Origin: the human T2T-CHM13v2.0 reference genome, Homo sapiens
Assembly: GCF_009914755.1 (NCBI RefSeq)
Contig: NC_060931.1
Reading direction: 5' to 3' (one strand)
DNA: 64,000 nucleotides
Under the pieces are notes generated by a model. It searched no databases, had not been told where the DNA came from, and saw only the letters and a list, made by a program, of their open reading frames with translations. Positions 1 to 14,510 of the stretch are shown piece by piece (positions within the stretch are counted from its first letter, which is position 1; each line of letters begins with the position of its first letter). A program made the translations under genes and the position numbers.

Positions 1-699
1 AGGCAACAGGAGTGTGTTCCCGGTCAGCCCCACCACCCGCAGGCACTCCGTGTGGGTCAGTGCACCATCCTTGGAGGTTCGTTGAGGGAGAAGCTAATGG
101 AAGGGGGGGACTGATGAGGCCAGTGGTTTTCTCACTTAAATGGAAAGTCCTGTGTCCAGGACCCAGGCATCCCAGAGGCATTCTAAAGTCTCCCCAGCAT
201 GCAGCCGCTGGGTGGCAGCCAGTGTGAGGGCCATGTTAGAGGAGCTTTAAGATTCTATTATTTGGGAGTCATCCTAGGTAGATGACAATCAGGGGTCCGG
301 GAACATCTTGTGTAGAATAAATATGTAGGTCAAAGGCGCTCCTGCCACGTGGAAGGGCGTGTGAGAGGGTGTGAGCTGGGTCAGGAAGCTCCTTTCTGAG
401 GCCTCTCTCCAGTCTGGTGTCCCAAGAAGCAGCGGCACGCAAGGAGGAGCGAGACCAGCAGAGACAAGAGCAGGAAGGAAGAGGAGCCGCAGTGAGAAGG
501 TGGACCCGACGCCACTCCGTGACCATGTTGGTCATACAGGGACCATACAGGGCCTTTGTCTACATGTGGCGCAGCCTCTGACCATGGCATTCTCCAGGGA
601 TTACCCTGAAAGGCAGGCTCCCAGCCCTGCCTCAGCACTCAGAGCCCACGTAGTCCCGGCCAAAAGGGTCAAAGAGACATTGAATGCATAGGTACCGTG

Positions 700-805
700 A
701 AAGAAAGAAAGAAGGAAGCACAGCAGGGAAGGAAGGAGGGGAAGAGCGAGGGAGACAGGGAGATGGGAAGGGAGGGAGAAAGAAGGAGAGAAGGAAGGGA
801 GGGAG
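700..805. repeat. GA-rich low-complexity tract
   Basis: Near purine-only run of GGAA/GGGA/AAAG units. Confidence 0.85.
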
Positions 806-1149
806 TTAAAATTTCACAAGGGATCTATCTGGGTAAAATTTATGCCAGAGCCAAGCATCTACAAACACATAAATGCCCCCATTTTCCTGACATCTGTTCA
901 GGAGATCCTTAACAGCCCTGACGATCTGAGCCAGCTACATTAGTGGATGTGTCACAGAGCTCAGGAAGAGGCAGTTTGACTATAATTCTGTCATCATCTG
1001 GTCTCCTGATGAGACCACAGCACTGCATGGCTGTCTGAGGCTCCTGGGCTCTGAGGGACTGGGTAAGGTTACTCGGTCTGGTGTCTGGTGGTTCCCAGAC
1101 CTAGCTGCATGTCACCTTGGGAACTTGCTTTCCCCCATATGTTTTGGGT

Positions 1150-1590
1150 AGGAAGACTTGCTTTTTATTGAAGTAGAACGATCCTACAGAAAAGTGCACA
1201 ATCTGAGTGTGTGGCATGGTGAGTTTTCACAAACTAAGCACACCCATGTAGGCAGCACCACCTCCAAAGATAACCAAGGTGGCTTCCAACGTCATGGTCT
1301 AGTTTTGTCTGTTTTTTACCTTTATATACACAGAGTCATGCACTCTGCACCACGTTGTGCCTGATGCTTCTTCTTCTTCGCGTTGATGAGTCTCGTCCAT
1401 GTTGCACGTTGGGTGTTTTAAGTCATGCAGTGACTCATTTGCTGTGGCACCTGTGCCATGCGAGGTAAGGTGATAATGTGGAGAAACTAGACACAGGGGT
1501 CCAGGGGTCCAGGAGCACTCTGCACTGTCTTCACAGCTTTTCTGCTTATTTAAAACTATTACAAAATCAAAAGTTTTTTTTTTTTTTAAA
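1150..1590. mobile_element. Ancient L1 (L1M-type) 3'UTR fragments
   Basis: Motifs such as ttttattgaagta...agaaaagtgcaca...cacacccatgta and cttttctgcttatttaaaactatt resemble L1MC/ME 3' ends. Confidence 0.5.
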
Positions 1591-1873
1591 TCAGAGGGAG
1601 GATTGAGAGGTGAGAGAGGAGACTTTGATTGGGCGTAGAAACCTTTTCTTTGGGGGAGAGAAGGTGCATCTAAATAAGTTCTTTTATCCATGAGCCTTTC
1701 TCTAGTATTGCAGTGGGAAAATGGAATGCTCCAGATAGGCCACTACAAGGAACTTAGCCAAGTAATATGGTATTATGCTTCCAAAAATGAAGATACTGTG
1801 GGAGTATTATTAACAGTGCCATCAATGACACTATGCATAAATCATATCATGTACTATATATATGCACACACAG

Positions 1874-2602
<729 letters not shown>

Positions 2603-3059
2603 CACAAAATATACAGAGCTGCATGCATTCGCTTAATGAGGCCTTCAATAAATGATGCGAGACCTAAATAGTGAAGTGGCCTTAAAAAATGCGTGAGTGT
2701 GTATGCAATGAGTATGTTCAGGGACGTCTTCTGGTACAGAATACGCCTCCTGGGGATGAACTCCACACCCGCAAATGGTGTTTTCTTCTATATGATGGTT
2801 CCTTGCTTCATTTTGTTTTGTTTTTACACACATAGTATCAGCAACTAGAGCCCCCAAGTTATTCAGCAGATTAGACTCCAAATGACCTGACATTTCAAAT
2901 ATTTAGAATCACTGTCAAAAAGAAGCACCTGCAGAGGACTCCCAGACAATGCAGTGTAGGCCTGGCTGGCACCAAACAGTGGCCCGGCAGGACTCTTCGG
3001 GTGGCAAGTGTTTCTCCTGGTTTGTTGTTAGTGTTCTGGCTTTATTTTGTTATGTGGGA

Positions 3060-3615
3060 ATCATAACTGTTTTGTTGCAGATTTACCTTTTTTTTTCTTT
3101 TATGGTGTTCAGGTCTTGTGTCTTGTAGAGAAATAGGAAATAGAAAATTTTCCTACATCGATGTTAGTGTTTTGTCTATTTTCCCCATGCTTATTTCTAG
3201 ACATTTTGTGTTTTCTTTTTACATTTAAATCTGCAATCCATCTGGAATTTATCTGTAAGAAGTAAGGCAAAAAATCCAGCTTTTTTTTTCAGGTAGTGAC
3301 CAAAGGTAGTTATTTAAACGCTATTTATTGAATAACTCATCTTTTCCCCTGCTGATTCAAATTGTCACTTCTACCATAAACCAAAATCCCATATATATCT
3401 GTGTCAATGTCTAGACTCAATATTTTATGCCATCGACCTTTGTGTCTATTCAAAGTCAACTACAGGAGCTTTATAATATGTTTAATATCTGGGGCTACTC
3501 TTCGCTCAGCATTCTTCATTTGCAGGTGTTTTCTGGCAGTTTTTGGATGTTTATTTTCCACAAGAAAGTCAATGGCAACCTTTCTAATTTAAAAAGTATC
3601 TTGGTATTTTTGGAA
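3060..3615 (-). mobile_element. Degenerate old L1 fragment
   Basis: T-rich, with ttacatttaaatct...tccatctggaattt and tctagactc motifs typical of antisense L1ME. Confidence 0.45.
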
Positions 3616-3712
3616 GGAGCTCAAACATGATCTACTATATGAGAAGCAATCTCTGCACTGATTGAAGCATCCTCATCTATCCCCCATCCAGATGTAAATA
3701 ATAATGACTGTA

Positions 3713-3850
3713 GCTGTGGCACATGCCTGTAGTCCCAGCTACTCAGGAGGCTGAGGTGGTAGGATGGCTTGAGCCCAGGAGGTCGAGGCTGCAGTGAGCT
3801 AGGACTGCACCACTGCGCTCCAGCTTGGGCAACAGAGCAAGACTCTAAAA
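3713..3850 (+). mobile_element. Alu monomer (FRAM/AluJ right-arm like)
   Basis: gcctgtagtcccagctactcaggaggctgagg...ttgagcccaggaggtcgaggctgcagtgagc. Confidence 0.9.
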
Positions 3851-3871
3851 TACTCTGATGATGCTACTACC

Positions 3872-3918
<47 letters not shown>
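3872..3918. repeat. (GAT)15 microsatellite
   Basis: Perfect trinucleotide run next to the Alu monomer tail. Confidence 0.97.
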
Positions 3919-3920
<2 letters not shown>

Positions 3921-4899
3921 TATAACACAGGTTCTCCTATGTTCAAGGGCAGCATCCATTCTGTAAATCCATAGATTCTGCCCTTCTGTCTCTCTCACCA
4001 ACCTCCCCAAACCCCAGCCTGGCCCTCAGAAAAATCAGTATTGACTTAGAGAGCTATATTTTCTCCAAGGTCTTAGAGGGGCTGTCGGGAGGCAGGAATC
4101 ATGGACCCCCAGCAACAAGTTAGACCCACCCATCCCAGGCCAAATGCAGAGAAATCATTCAGAGTCATTCAAGATGAACTCGAAGGGTGTTTCTGAGGAA
4201 GCTGTTTACATGATCAACGCAGGCCCTGCTGCCATCAGTCACGCAAGGCAGCTCCCGCCCAGGTTAGCTTCTCAGCGCTGTCCATATTTCTCCAGACTGT
4301 ATTTTCCCTGCCCTTCCCCCAGCTTCTCTGCCCCAATTTTAAGACCCCTGTCCTCTCCTGCTTGCTGCCTTCTGGACATCCTCCAGGCTTTCAGGGTCCC
4401 TCCCTCCCTGTCCCCCTTAACACAAGAGGCTCAGAGCACATACAGCTTCCTGTTCAGATGTGGTCTGAGCAGTGGACATGAAAACGTCACCTCCATGGTC
4501 CAAGCACTGATTTCCTTATTGTCTTTGTCCTCTCTGATTTCCACCAACTCCCTGCCCACCTGAGCTACCTCTGTCCCCCTCCCCATGTCCCAGCCTCCCC
4601 CATGACACTGGACGCCCCAGGGTCATGCTGGGCTTTAGTCTGGCCTGGACCTGAACAAGGGCTGCCTGGGACCTTGGTAGACCTCCCATCATTGGCCAGG
4701 GGCAGGAAGAAAATGCCGAAATGGGCCAAGAAAGAAGATCATGGAGGACTCACCTGGCCACCTCGTTCTTTGACATCCCCTTCTCCAATAATAACTGTTC
4801 GTCTATTCCACTTGGCCACCTGCGCCCACAGTCACTCTGTAAAGCAACCACCTCCAAAACCTCAGCTCCACTCCTGTTCCCTCAGAGCCCCCTCTTAGG

Positions 4900-5660
4900 C
4901 TCAAAGCTGTGGCTGGGCAACCCCCTCCCTCACCCTCTGGAAGGCTCCAGTCCATTCACCTGCCCCCCTGGGGCCTCCCCAGCACAGACTCTCCCACCAT
5001 CACTGGGATCTTGGAAACACTCTTCCCTGGCTAGCTTCTCTCCTCCATCATTCTCGTCGGACCGAACTCCTGCTCCTGCTCCCTGCCTGCACCCCTTCTC
5101 ACTGCTTCTGCCATCCCACCATCCTCTCTCACCAGGACTCATCACTGACTCCCTCCTTCCACTCCTGTCCACCTATGTTCAGTACAGCAGCCAAAATGAT
5201 CTTCTTCCTATAAGCAAATCAGTTCCCTTGGATAAATCCTCCAGGCACTTCCATCCACCACCCTGGACTTCAAGCTCTACCCCAGGGCCTGCAGGGCCCC
5301 CCTTCCCTGCTCCCAGAATACTTCCCATCGTACCTTCTGGCACTCCGTCCCCCTCACTGCACCCCACTCCCTTCGGCCTTTTTATTTTCCACAACAGCCC
5401 AGGCTGGTTCCCTCTGAGCCCTCTGTACCTGCCCTTCTCTGGCTGGAATGAAGCCTTTCAGTGTTCCTCCAGGTCTCAGTCTTTCCCATCCTCTGGGCCG
5501 TCCCCAAATGTCTGCTCCTCAGGGAGGATTTTCCTGACCACCCAACCTACAGGGCCCCCACCCAGCACTCTTGACCATGACACACGGCCCTGTTTGCCTT
5601 TTTTTAAGCTTTTGACAGCATGAAGCTCTCTTGTCAATGTGTTTGTCTGTTTGATTGATG
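4900..5660. mobile_element. L2 fragment
   Basis: Pyrimidine-rich L2-like blocks (cagcagccaaaatgatctt; tgctcctcagggaggattttcctgacc). Confidence 0.5.
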
Positions 5661-5810
5661 GCTGGACTGTGGGGGGCTAGAAAGAGCCCAGCTCCCTGGT
5701 GCAATCCCAGAGCCCGCATCCCAACCCTGTGCTGGCTTCCTTCTGATCATAGAAGAACTCTTAATTAACTGAGGGGACCACTTGGGGGTCCAAGTGGACA
5801 CAGTTCCTAA

Positions 5811-6296
5811 TAATGCAGGGCAGGTGAGTCCCAGAATTGGGGCTTGGCCCAGGAGGGTTCTTGGCTTCACACAGGCAAGAATTCAAGGACGAGCCAGTGG
5901 TGTTGGGCAGCAGCTTTTATGGGGGCGGCAGTGCACAGCAGAGGCAGAGGGGCCACTCCTTGCAGAGCAGGGCTACGTCATAGGCAGTGCACCCAGAACA
6001 ACAGCTCAGAGGCAGGGCTGCACTCACCTTTACACCCACTTTTAATTATATGCAAATTGAGGGGCAATTTATGCAGACATTTCTAGGAAAATGTTGGTAA
6101 CTTCCAGGTCATTGGGTTATCACCATGGAAAGGGGTGGTAACTTCCAGGTGTTACCATGGCAATGGTAAACTGGCATGGCACACTGGTGGGCATGGCTTA
6201 TGGAAAGCTGCTTCTGCCCTATCCCTTTTAGCTAGTCCTCAGTTGGGTCCAGTGTATGAGCCCCACCTCTGGAGTTGAGTCCAGCTTCCTGCCTCA
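5811..6296 (-). mobile_element. ERV1 (MER4-group; MER41/MER66-like) solo LTR
   Basis: Reverse strand begins TGAGGCAGG and contains gtttaccattgccatggtaacacctggaagttacc; 4-bp TSD CTAA at 5807-5810 and 6297-6300. Subfamily uncertain. Confidence 0.8.
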
Positions 6297-9039
6297 CTAA
6301 CAGAGGTGACTCAGAGCACCCACACATTTCCAGAGCGCTAAAGCTTTCACGAATTCTCAAAAGATGGGAAGTCATTTCAGAAGGGGAGCAGGAAGTTTTA
6401 GAGCATCTTACTGTGGGCTCCGCTTTGAGGAAAGCAGGACCTGAAATGACTCCAGGGGTCCTGAGTAGTCAAGCCTTAAACAAGGAAAAGAGGGGGACAC
6501 AGTAACAGGTGAGCATTCAGACCTGGAGTCCAGAGGTGAGGACAGCCGACTCCAGGGGACTGCGGGGACTGCAGCTTCCAAGGAGCCCAGAGCCAGCACT
6601 GGCCCCCCACCTGCCTGCACCTTTTTCCAGTTAAGCAACTGCTCTAGGCAAACAGGAAATGCACCCCCACATCCCAGGGCTGTGTGGTGACACCTGAGGC
6701 CAGGTGAGGAAGGCGGGAGACAGGAGAAGGGTGAGGAAGAGGCTAACAAGGTGCTGGGTCAGCTGTGACAGCCACATCCACGGGGGCTTAGATTCCTGCA
6801 GCAAGTGCCATCTGGGAGTCATTTATCCTTCCAGTGGGCTGGGCGCAGGGTTCCCATCTATTCCTCAGATACATTACTAAGTGTAAGCCTGAGTCTTGCC
6901 TATGGTGAGGCAAACACAATGGAAGATCTGCAATTAAAGGTCCAGGCCTCAGTTTCCCTATTGGGATCATTGCCGGTGGCATTCTGGACCCTCCCTCAGG
7001 GGCCACCCTCCCTCTCCGGTCATCAGATTGGCTTTGCCCCCCACCCACAGCTCCAGTTGTCTCTTTTCTGCCTCCCATGGGGGATCCAGGCTTCAGGAAG
7101 GGCTGACATTCCTGTAATGCCCCAGAGGACTGACGGCGGGGTGGAGGAGTCTAAAGTTTGCAAATTAAATGCTTCCTTTTTTATTCCTCTCACCCTCTGA
7201 GCTGAACATCAGTCTCTTCCATGCAGGTGCCTGTGTCTTTCTCTGACAAAGGAGAACCAGGAGAAGCCGGGTTTATGCAGCATAGGGGCAGAGAGCTGGA
7301 GACAGGAAGGCTAGGCCACTCCGAGTTGTGCCCCCGACTCTCAGGGCCATCCCACCAGGGCCATTCCCACCTCAGGGCCTCTCTGTCCCCCTAGGAAAGA
7401 AGGACACCCCCTCACAGTCAAGGGCAGCACTGGAGGGGTTTTCCAAGCTCCCTAAATTCACAAGCCCTTGGCCGTCTCCTTTTCAAGATCAGCCTGATCA
7501 CGCCATCAGTCCTCTGGGCTAAGCTATTAACTTCTCCTGGTGAGCATGTGACCCAGGCGTGGGGGAGGTGAGTTTATCAAGCGATCCGACCTTGGCTGAG
7601 ATTCATTTCTTAGATCAGATGAGGAAGGGCATCCTGGGCCACAAGACAAGTGAGCCAGATAAGGAGACCGTGGAGGGAGGTGAGGGTGCTGCGGTGGTGC
7701 CCCAGGAGGGCCAGCTACTGGAGGGGCAAAGAATGGCCCTAAATATGGACTTGACACCTTCTCATTTTGTCTGGGGCAGCATGACCAGCTGTGGCCACAG
7801 GACAGGCTCGCCAGGAGATAGAAGAGAATGTGCTATCCTGTCTCTGCCCTCCAGGCTGAAGTGGGGACTTTTTTTTCCCCAACACACATCCAGTCAGTTA
7901 GGAGGAACTGCCAGTTTGCTTGTGGAAAACACAATTGAAAAATAAAAAACACCCAAAACACTACCCATGCCCAGTGATTGCTCCCAGGGGAGGGGGAGGT
8001 GTCAGGTCACTCTTTGGCGCGGGGCCTCATGCAGGGAGTCCCTTGGGTGGCCCTGCCTGGGCAGTCCAGCTGTGGGAATCCAGGGGACCCAGCACCATCT
8101 GTCAACTGCACCCGGCACCAGCAGTCAGGGTGTGAGGAGGGGCGGTGCCCAGGACTTGGCATGTCCCCATCACGGGCACCCTCGGTTTCTGTAAATAAAT
8201 CTCCTCTGATGTTAAAAAACAATCCGGAGCACCTCACTGCCACCGTAAACCCCGAGAAAAGCTAACCCCCCTTAGGTGGGCGGGAGCACAGCAAATCCTG
8301 TTCCCGCTGAACTCTCCTCTGAAGCTCGGGCCCCAAATGCTCAAAACGAACACTGACTCTGCCAAACGCCCGCAGGACCCATGGGCCTGCAGCTGGCACC
8401 ATGGGCTTTTCTCCGGCCCTTGTGACCTGGCAGGAGCAGCAGCGACTGTCTGATGGACAGTGTTCCTGGTCACAAAGGACCACTCAGTTCAGGTGAAACT
8501 TGGGCTCCAAGTGACTGCTCCCTCCTGGAGGAGCCCAGCAGCCCGAAGGCCCCCACCTGGGGCGTGGATTGCTCTAGGATTGAGGAAACCTCTGCAAGAA
8601 ACAAACGGCAGATGCCTCCCTCGATCTCTACTCCCACCTCTCTCCCCAAAGAAAACCCTTCCAGGGCCCTGTAGGCACGAAGATTCTCAGCAGGTGGTGG
8701 CCAGCTGCAGTCTGCTCCAGGAGGGCTGCAGTGATGGGACCCAGTGGTAGGAGCAGCGGCCACGTCAGGTGACTTATTCCTCGGGTGAGCTTGGCTCCGT
8801 GGAGAGGCCAGGGCATCACATTTGAGGCTTTGTAACCACACAGAGAGCCTGGGGTCACTTCCTTCCACCCCTGCTGAGTACTTGTTCTGACCTCTCCCCA
8901 CTCAGGGCCAGCACCACCCAGCCCCTGTGTTGTCCCTGCCAACAGTACCCTCGCTTGACAATGGCAGGTGCATTTGAAGGAAGTGACCGGTTTGCAGGGA
9001 ACTGCACCACCCTTCTAAAGCGCAGCACCAGACGTTTCC

Positions 9040-9160
9040 AGACCTTACTGGGGTCCCATCATCTGGGGAATCTGTTAAAATGAAGGTTTCCAAGTCTCAT
9101 GCCCAGGGAGTCAGGCCCAGTCGTTCTGGGGTAGGGCCCGGGAACCTGCATTTTAATATC
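9040..9160. mobile_element. MER5-like hAT-Charlie fragment
   Basis: ctggggtagggcccgggaacctgcattttaa signature. Confidence 0.6.
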
Positions 9161-9189
9161 CTTACTTTAGATCTGATTTGAGCCTAAAC

Positions 9190-9565
9190 GATGAGTTTTC
9201 TGTGTTGACTTGGCAACACAGTACCCAGTACCCAGTGATTCATCCAACACTTATCTAGGTATTGCTGGGAGGGTACATTGTGGATGTGATTCCATCCACA
9301 CTCGGCTGACTTTAAGTAACAGAGATCCCCTCTGTGATGTGGTGGCCTCGTCCAATCAGCTGACAGCCTGAGGAGCAGAAACTGAGGGTTCCCAGAGAAG
9401 AAGAAAGTCAGCCTGAAGGCGGCAGCTCAGCTCCCCATGCTGGTCTGCTGCAGGCATTTTGGATTAACCAGCCCCATAACCACATGAGCCAATGCTTTCA
9501 AATACACCTCTCCATACACCTGTGGAGCTCTTCCATCTGCCGTTTCTCTGGAGAGCTCCTACAGA
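9190..9565 (+). mobile_element. MLT2 (ERVL) LTR
   Basis: tgactttaagtaa...ggcctcgtccaatcagctga...cacatgagccaat...gtttctctggaga. Confidence 0.75.
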
Positions 9566-10219
9566 TAAGCACCCCTTGGGGCTGTCATGAGGTTGAGTGA
9601 ACCACAGCCTTCACTCCCCGAATGTGTGGCTCATAAAAAACATGGACACCTGTGCACTGATGCTCTTACAAAACCAATAGCCTGCGTTAATTGTAATAGA
9701 CAAATAAAGTGATTTGTAATAAAATAATACATAAAAATAAATGTGTAACAAAGTAACACATACTTCCACATGTAATTGCCCAGGCACATCTGCACCAGAC
9801 AATGTAATCACCAGAGAAAGGGGCATCCGGGCTTTCCTAGCCCCTCAATCCCCAGTGGTCCTGTTGGCGGAGATGGGGTTGTCCAAAAGGAGAGGTAGCC
9901 GTTGGTGAAGTTCTAGGAAAGCCCAGCACAGTAATTCCATGATTCCCCGTTGCTTGCATTCATAGCCTAGATCAAAACCACGCAAACAGTGCTTTGTAAC
10001 TGCGACACACCAGCTCAGAGCATCGCCATCAGCCCCCTTCATCCAGAGTCCAGTGGGATATTCGTCGAGGCATAGACAGGCCTCACTGCACGGCTGTCCC
10101 ACACATGTCTGGGAAGGGGCCCTACCCGCTAAACGCCAGTGGCATGCCCCTACTATCGTGGCAATAAGAAGGTCCCTGCAGGACGTGAAGATGCTCCCTG
10201 AGTTCAACCGCTGGGCTCT

Positions 10220-10440
10220 TAACCTGGGCTCAAATCCACGTCCTACCACTTCCTCACCCTGCGAACTGGACAAGTTACATGGCCTGTTGTTTCTCAGCCT
10301 TGTCAGCTGAGACATGGACATACAAATAATCCATCTCTCGTGGGGTGTGGAAGGAGTAAGTGAGCAAGGAATACTGTCTGTAAGGGGCTTGGGACTTAGT
10401 CTGGCCCATGATGCCTGTTCTACCATCAGTAAATGTTGGA
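10220..10440 (+). mobile_element. MIR
   Basis: ctgggctcaaatcc...ggacaagttac...ctcagcctt core. Confidence 0.65.
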
Positions 10441-10746
10441 AATTATCGTCACCATCGCCACCACCTGCACTGTCATTGTTCTCATTCGGGGTCCCCATCT
10501 CACCACTGACTGCTCAGCCAGGACACCTCCCTCCCCCCTCCCAGGGCTCTGCCACTGCCGAGGCTTACCACTATGCCCTCTCCCCACCCTCCCTGTCAGC
10601 TGAGACCCCTCCCCTGGGTCCCATGCCTCTATGCACGTGGCTTCCTCTCCTTCTCAGTTGCCTACAGGCTCTTCTTTCTACCACAATGGGTTGTTCTCCA
10701 TCTGTGCTGCCCAGGGCCGCACTCTCTGGCCACAGAACATGGCTCA

Positions 10747-11480
<734 letters not shown>

Positions 11481-11499
11481 GGGCCGAGCAAAGAGATAA

Positions 11500-11890
11500 C
11501 TTAAAGTCCTAATCCCCAATACCTGTGAATGTGACCTTATTTAGAAATAGGATCTTTCCAGATGTAATCAAGGTTAGATGAGCTTATTAGGGTGGGCTCT
11601 AATCCGATGCTACTTGTGACCTCATAAGAAGACACAGACACACAGAAGAGGCCACCCAGTGATGACATGGCAGAGACTAGAGTGATGCAGCTGGGAGCCC
11701 AGGACCGCCCAGGACTGACGGAGCCACCAAAAGCTGGAAGGGACAAGGGAAGATCCTCCCCCAGAGCCTTCAGAGGGAGTAGAACCCTGCTGAGCCCTTG
11801 ATCTTGGCCTTCCAGCCTCCAGACTGCAAGAGAATAAATTCCTGTTGTTTCAGCTGTCCAGTGTATGGTACTTTGTTATGGCAGCCATTC
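11500..11890 (+). mobile_element. MLT1 (B/C-like) MaLR LTR
   Basis: acctgtgaatgtgaccttattt...gcctccagactgcaagagaataaatt...tttgttatggcagcc. Confidence 0.85.
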
Positions 11891-12039
11891 ACTCCCTGAA
11901 GCCACCCACCATACCCTCACCTCACAAAGCAAGGCAGCCAAATCCTATGCTGACTCCTGACAGTGCGCCCGAGTGCCCTGTTCTCTGTAAAATTCTTCTT
12001 CCCCTTGTTCCCTCCCCTTATGAGCTCAGACCCGTTCTA

Positions 12040-12530
12040 GGCTAGCACAACCAACAGAAAGAAAACGTGAGCCACAATGCAATTTTAATCTTTTTAGCAG
12101 CCACATGAACACCAGAGACAGGTGCAGTTAATTTAAGTAATATTTTAGTTGACCTAATATATCCAAAATATTATTATTTCAAAAGTAATCAATATACAAA
12201 TTAACAAGACATTTTACATCCAGTTTTTTTTTTTGGTACTAGGTCTTCCAATTCCAGCATGCATTTTACACCTCTAGCATATCTCAGCTTGGGCATTGCA
12301 TTTCCATGGCAAATACTTGACCTGCATTTAGGGTTCATTAAGCTTGCAGGTAAAAAGGTAGCGTCACACGCCCAAGTTATTTCAGACATCTTTGGGGGTT
12401 TCCCAGGAGCTGAATTGAAAATCTATTTGTAAATTTACATTTATGTTAATTAAAATTAAAAATTCCACTCTTCAGCCACACTGGGTACATCTTACGTGCT
12501 CAGCACACCTATGGCTGGGGGCCATGCAGT
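12040..12530. mobile_element. MER33/Charlie1-like hAT fossil
   Basis: tagcagccacat...taatatatccaaaatattatt...ttccactcttcagccacact. Confidence 0.6.
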
Positions 12531-12544
12531 CCCCAATCCCTCCC

Positions 12545-12790
12545 AAGTGTTCACAGAGGGATGGATGGGTACGGAAAATGTGGTGTGCAAGTGTTGCCTA
12601 CATACACACAGTGGAATAGTAGCCTTAGAAAGGAAGGAAAGCCCGACACAGGCCACAGCGCAGCTGAACCTTGAGCATATTATGCTGAGTGAAACAAGCC
12701 AGACACAAAAAGACAAATACTATAATACAAGATGCCACTCGCGTGAGGCTCCTAGAATCATCAAATTCATAGAAGCAGAAAGTAGAAGGT
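12545..12790 (+). mobile_element. L1MB-type 3' fragment
   Basis: gaaccttgagcatattatgctgagtgaaacaagccagacacaaaaagacaaata. Confidence 0.75.
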
Positions 12791-12999
12791 GGTTGTTTTC
12801 TAAATAATATTCACCCTCCAGATATCAAATTTGCCAAGACACAAAATTTCTGTTTGAATCTTAGATATAATCATTTTCAATGTAGGAGAAGCCCTGGTAG
12901 AACTTGGGTCCTCGTAAGTGATACTGGAAAAACGAAAGTCCAAAAGCTGGAAAGTCCCTTGGGAGTTCAGGAATCCAAAGTGGTCCTTCAGCAATAGGG

Positions 13000-13293
13000 A
13001 AGTGGAGATAGCTAATGGGTACAAAAAAGTCATTAGAAAGAATGAATAAGATCTACTATTTGATAGCACAAAGGAGTGACTATAGTCAATAATAATTTCA
13101 TTGTACATTTAAGAATAACTAAAAGGGTATAATTGGATTGTTGGTAACACAGAGGGTAAATGCTTGAAGGAATAGATACTCTTATCTTCCATGATGTAAT
13201 TACTGCACATGTTCCTGAATCAAAACGTCTCACACCCCACAAATATATACACCTACTATGTACCCATAAATATTAAAAACTAAATTAAAAAAG
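13000..13293 (+). mobile_element. L1MA 3' end
   Basis: gaatgaataagatctactatttgatagcacaa...atatacacctactatgtaccca plus A-rich tail. Confidence 0.85.
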
Positions 13294-14171
13294 AAGTGTA
13301 TCCCAGGGAGGTCAGGTAAGCTGAGAGGCACCAATAGGTGCTATAGCCCTAGAGAGACAAGGCCCAGAGTCCAGAATGATCAGAGAGATTATGCTGGAAT
13401 ATCAGAGGACCACGCAGAGTGGCCCTGCATGGCCACAGTTCAGAGTGTGTGGAGGACACAAGGCTGGAGAAGGGGAAAGGAATCCCAGGGCCGGGCAGGA
13501 AAGGCCTTGGAAGCCTTCGTGTTAGGAGGGCCATGTGGTTGAGGTCACGGGGCGGGGAGGGGAGGGGAGATGACAGAGTGGAAGCTCAACAGGCCCTGGG
13601 TGCTCCATTCCCAGCTCCTTCACCCGCCAGGAGACCTTGGCCGTCTGTTCCCCGAGGTACCCTTGTGGAGTGGAGATCAGGAGATAGGCCCACAACCCCT
13701 GGTCTACAACTCCAAAATCCAAATGCTTTCAAAATGGGAGGGTGTCTTCCTAACTCCTTGGACAGCAGAACCTGACTTGAACAGACATAGGCTCCTTGTG
13801 GCTGTTACCTGCTGGTTCAGCTTTTCCTGTATTTACCACAGAACTATGACTGTGTTAGATAGGGCCCTGCTCACACCCCACGGGGTTAGGTGGCACATGA
13901 TATGTGCACCACCTGACCTGTCCAAAATCAAAGAAATTCTGAAACGTGTCTGTGGCCCAGAGCTTTAGATGAGAAACTGTGGACATCTAGGATCCACCAT
14001 ACGTGATTGTGTAGGAAAAGTCATTCATTCATTTATGAAATCTCATTTAGTGCAGATCCTGGGGTTCCCTAAGACAACCTCCAAACTTTTTTTTACAGTT
14101 ACACTGTGAGTCATTATGTAGCTTTGTTGCATGTAGACATCAGCATTGATGTGCAAAAAAAAAAAAAAAAA

Positions 14172-14510
14172 GTGAGTCTAGCTCCACATGGATGAAGGCC
14201 GTTAAACCACTGAGTCCAACTCCACATGGATGAAGGCCGTTAAACCAGTGAGTCCAGCTCCACATGGATGAAGTCCATTAAACCAGTGAGTCCAGCTCCA
14301 CATGGATGAAGGCCGTTGAACCAGTGAGTCCAGCTCCACAGGGATGAAGGCCGTTAAACCAGTGAGCCCAGCTCCACATGGATGAAGGCCGTTGAACCAG
14401 TGAGCCCAGCTCCACAGGGATGAAGGCCGTTAAACCAGTGAGCCCAGCTCCACATGGATGAAGGCCGTTAAACCAGTGAGTCCAGCTCCACATGGATGAA
14501 GGCCATTAAA
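14172..14510. repeat. 38-bp minisatellite, ~9 copies (GTGAGTCCAGCTCCACATGGATGAAGGCCGTTAAACCA)
   Basis: Units start at 14172, 14210, 14248, 14286, 14324, 14362, 14400, 14438 and 14476; about 0-2 substitutions each; no spacers. Confidence 0.97.

Noticed and set aside
4721-5623. 300-aa Pro/Ser-rich ORF
   Set aside because: Overlaps pyrimidine-rich L2-like sequence; composition explains the lack of stops.
14172-14510. CRISPR-like 38-bp repeat array
   Set aside because: Head-to-tail units with no unique spacers, no cas genes and a mammalian context: a minisatellite.
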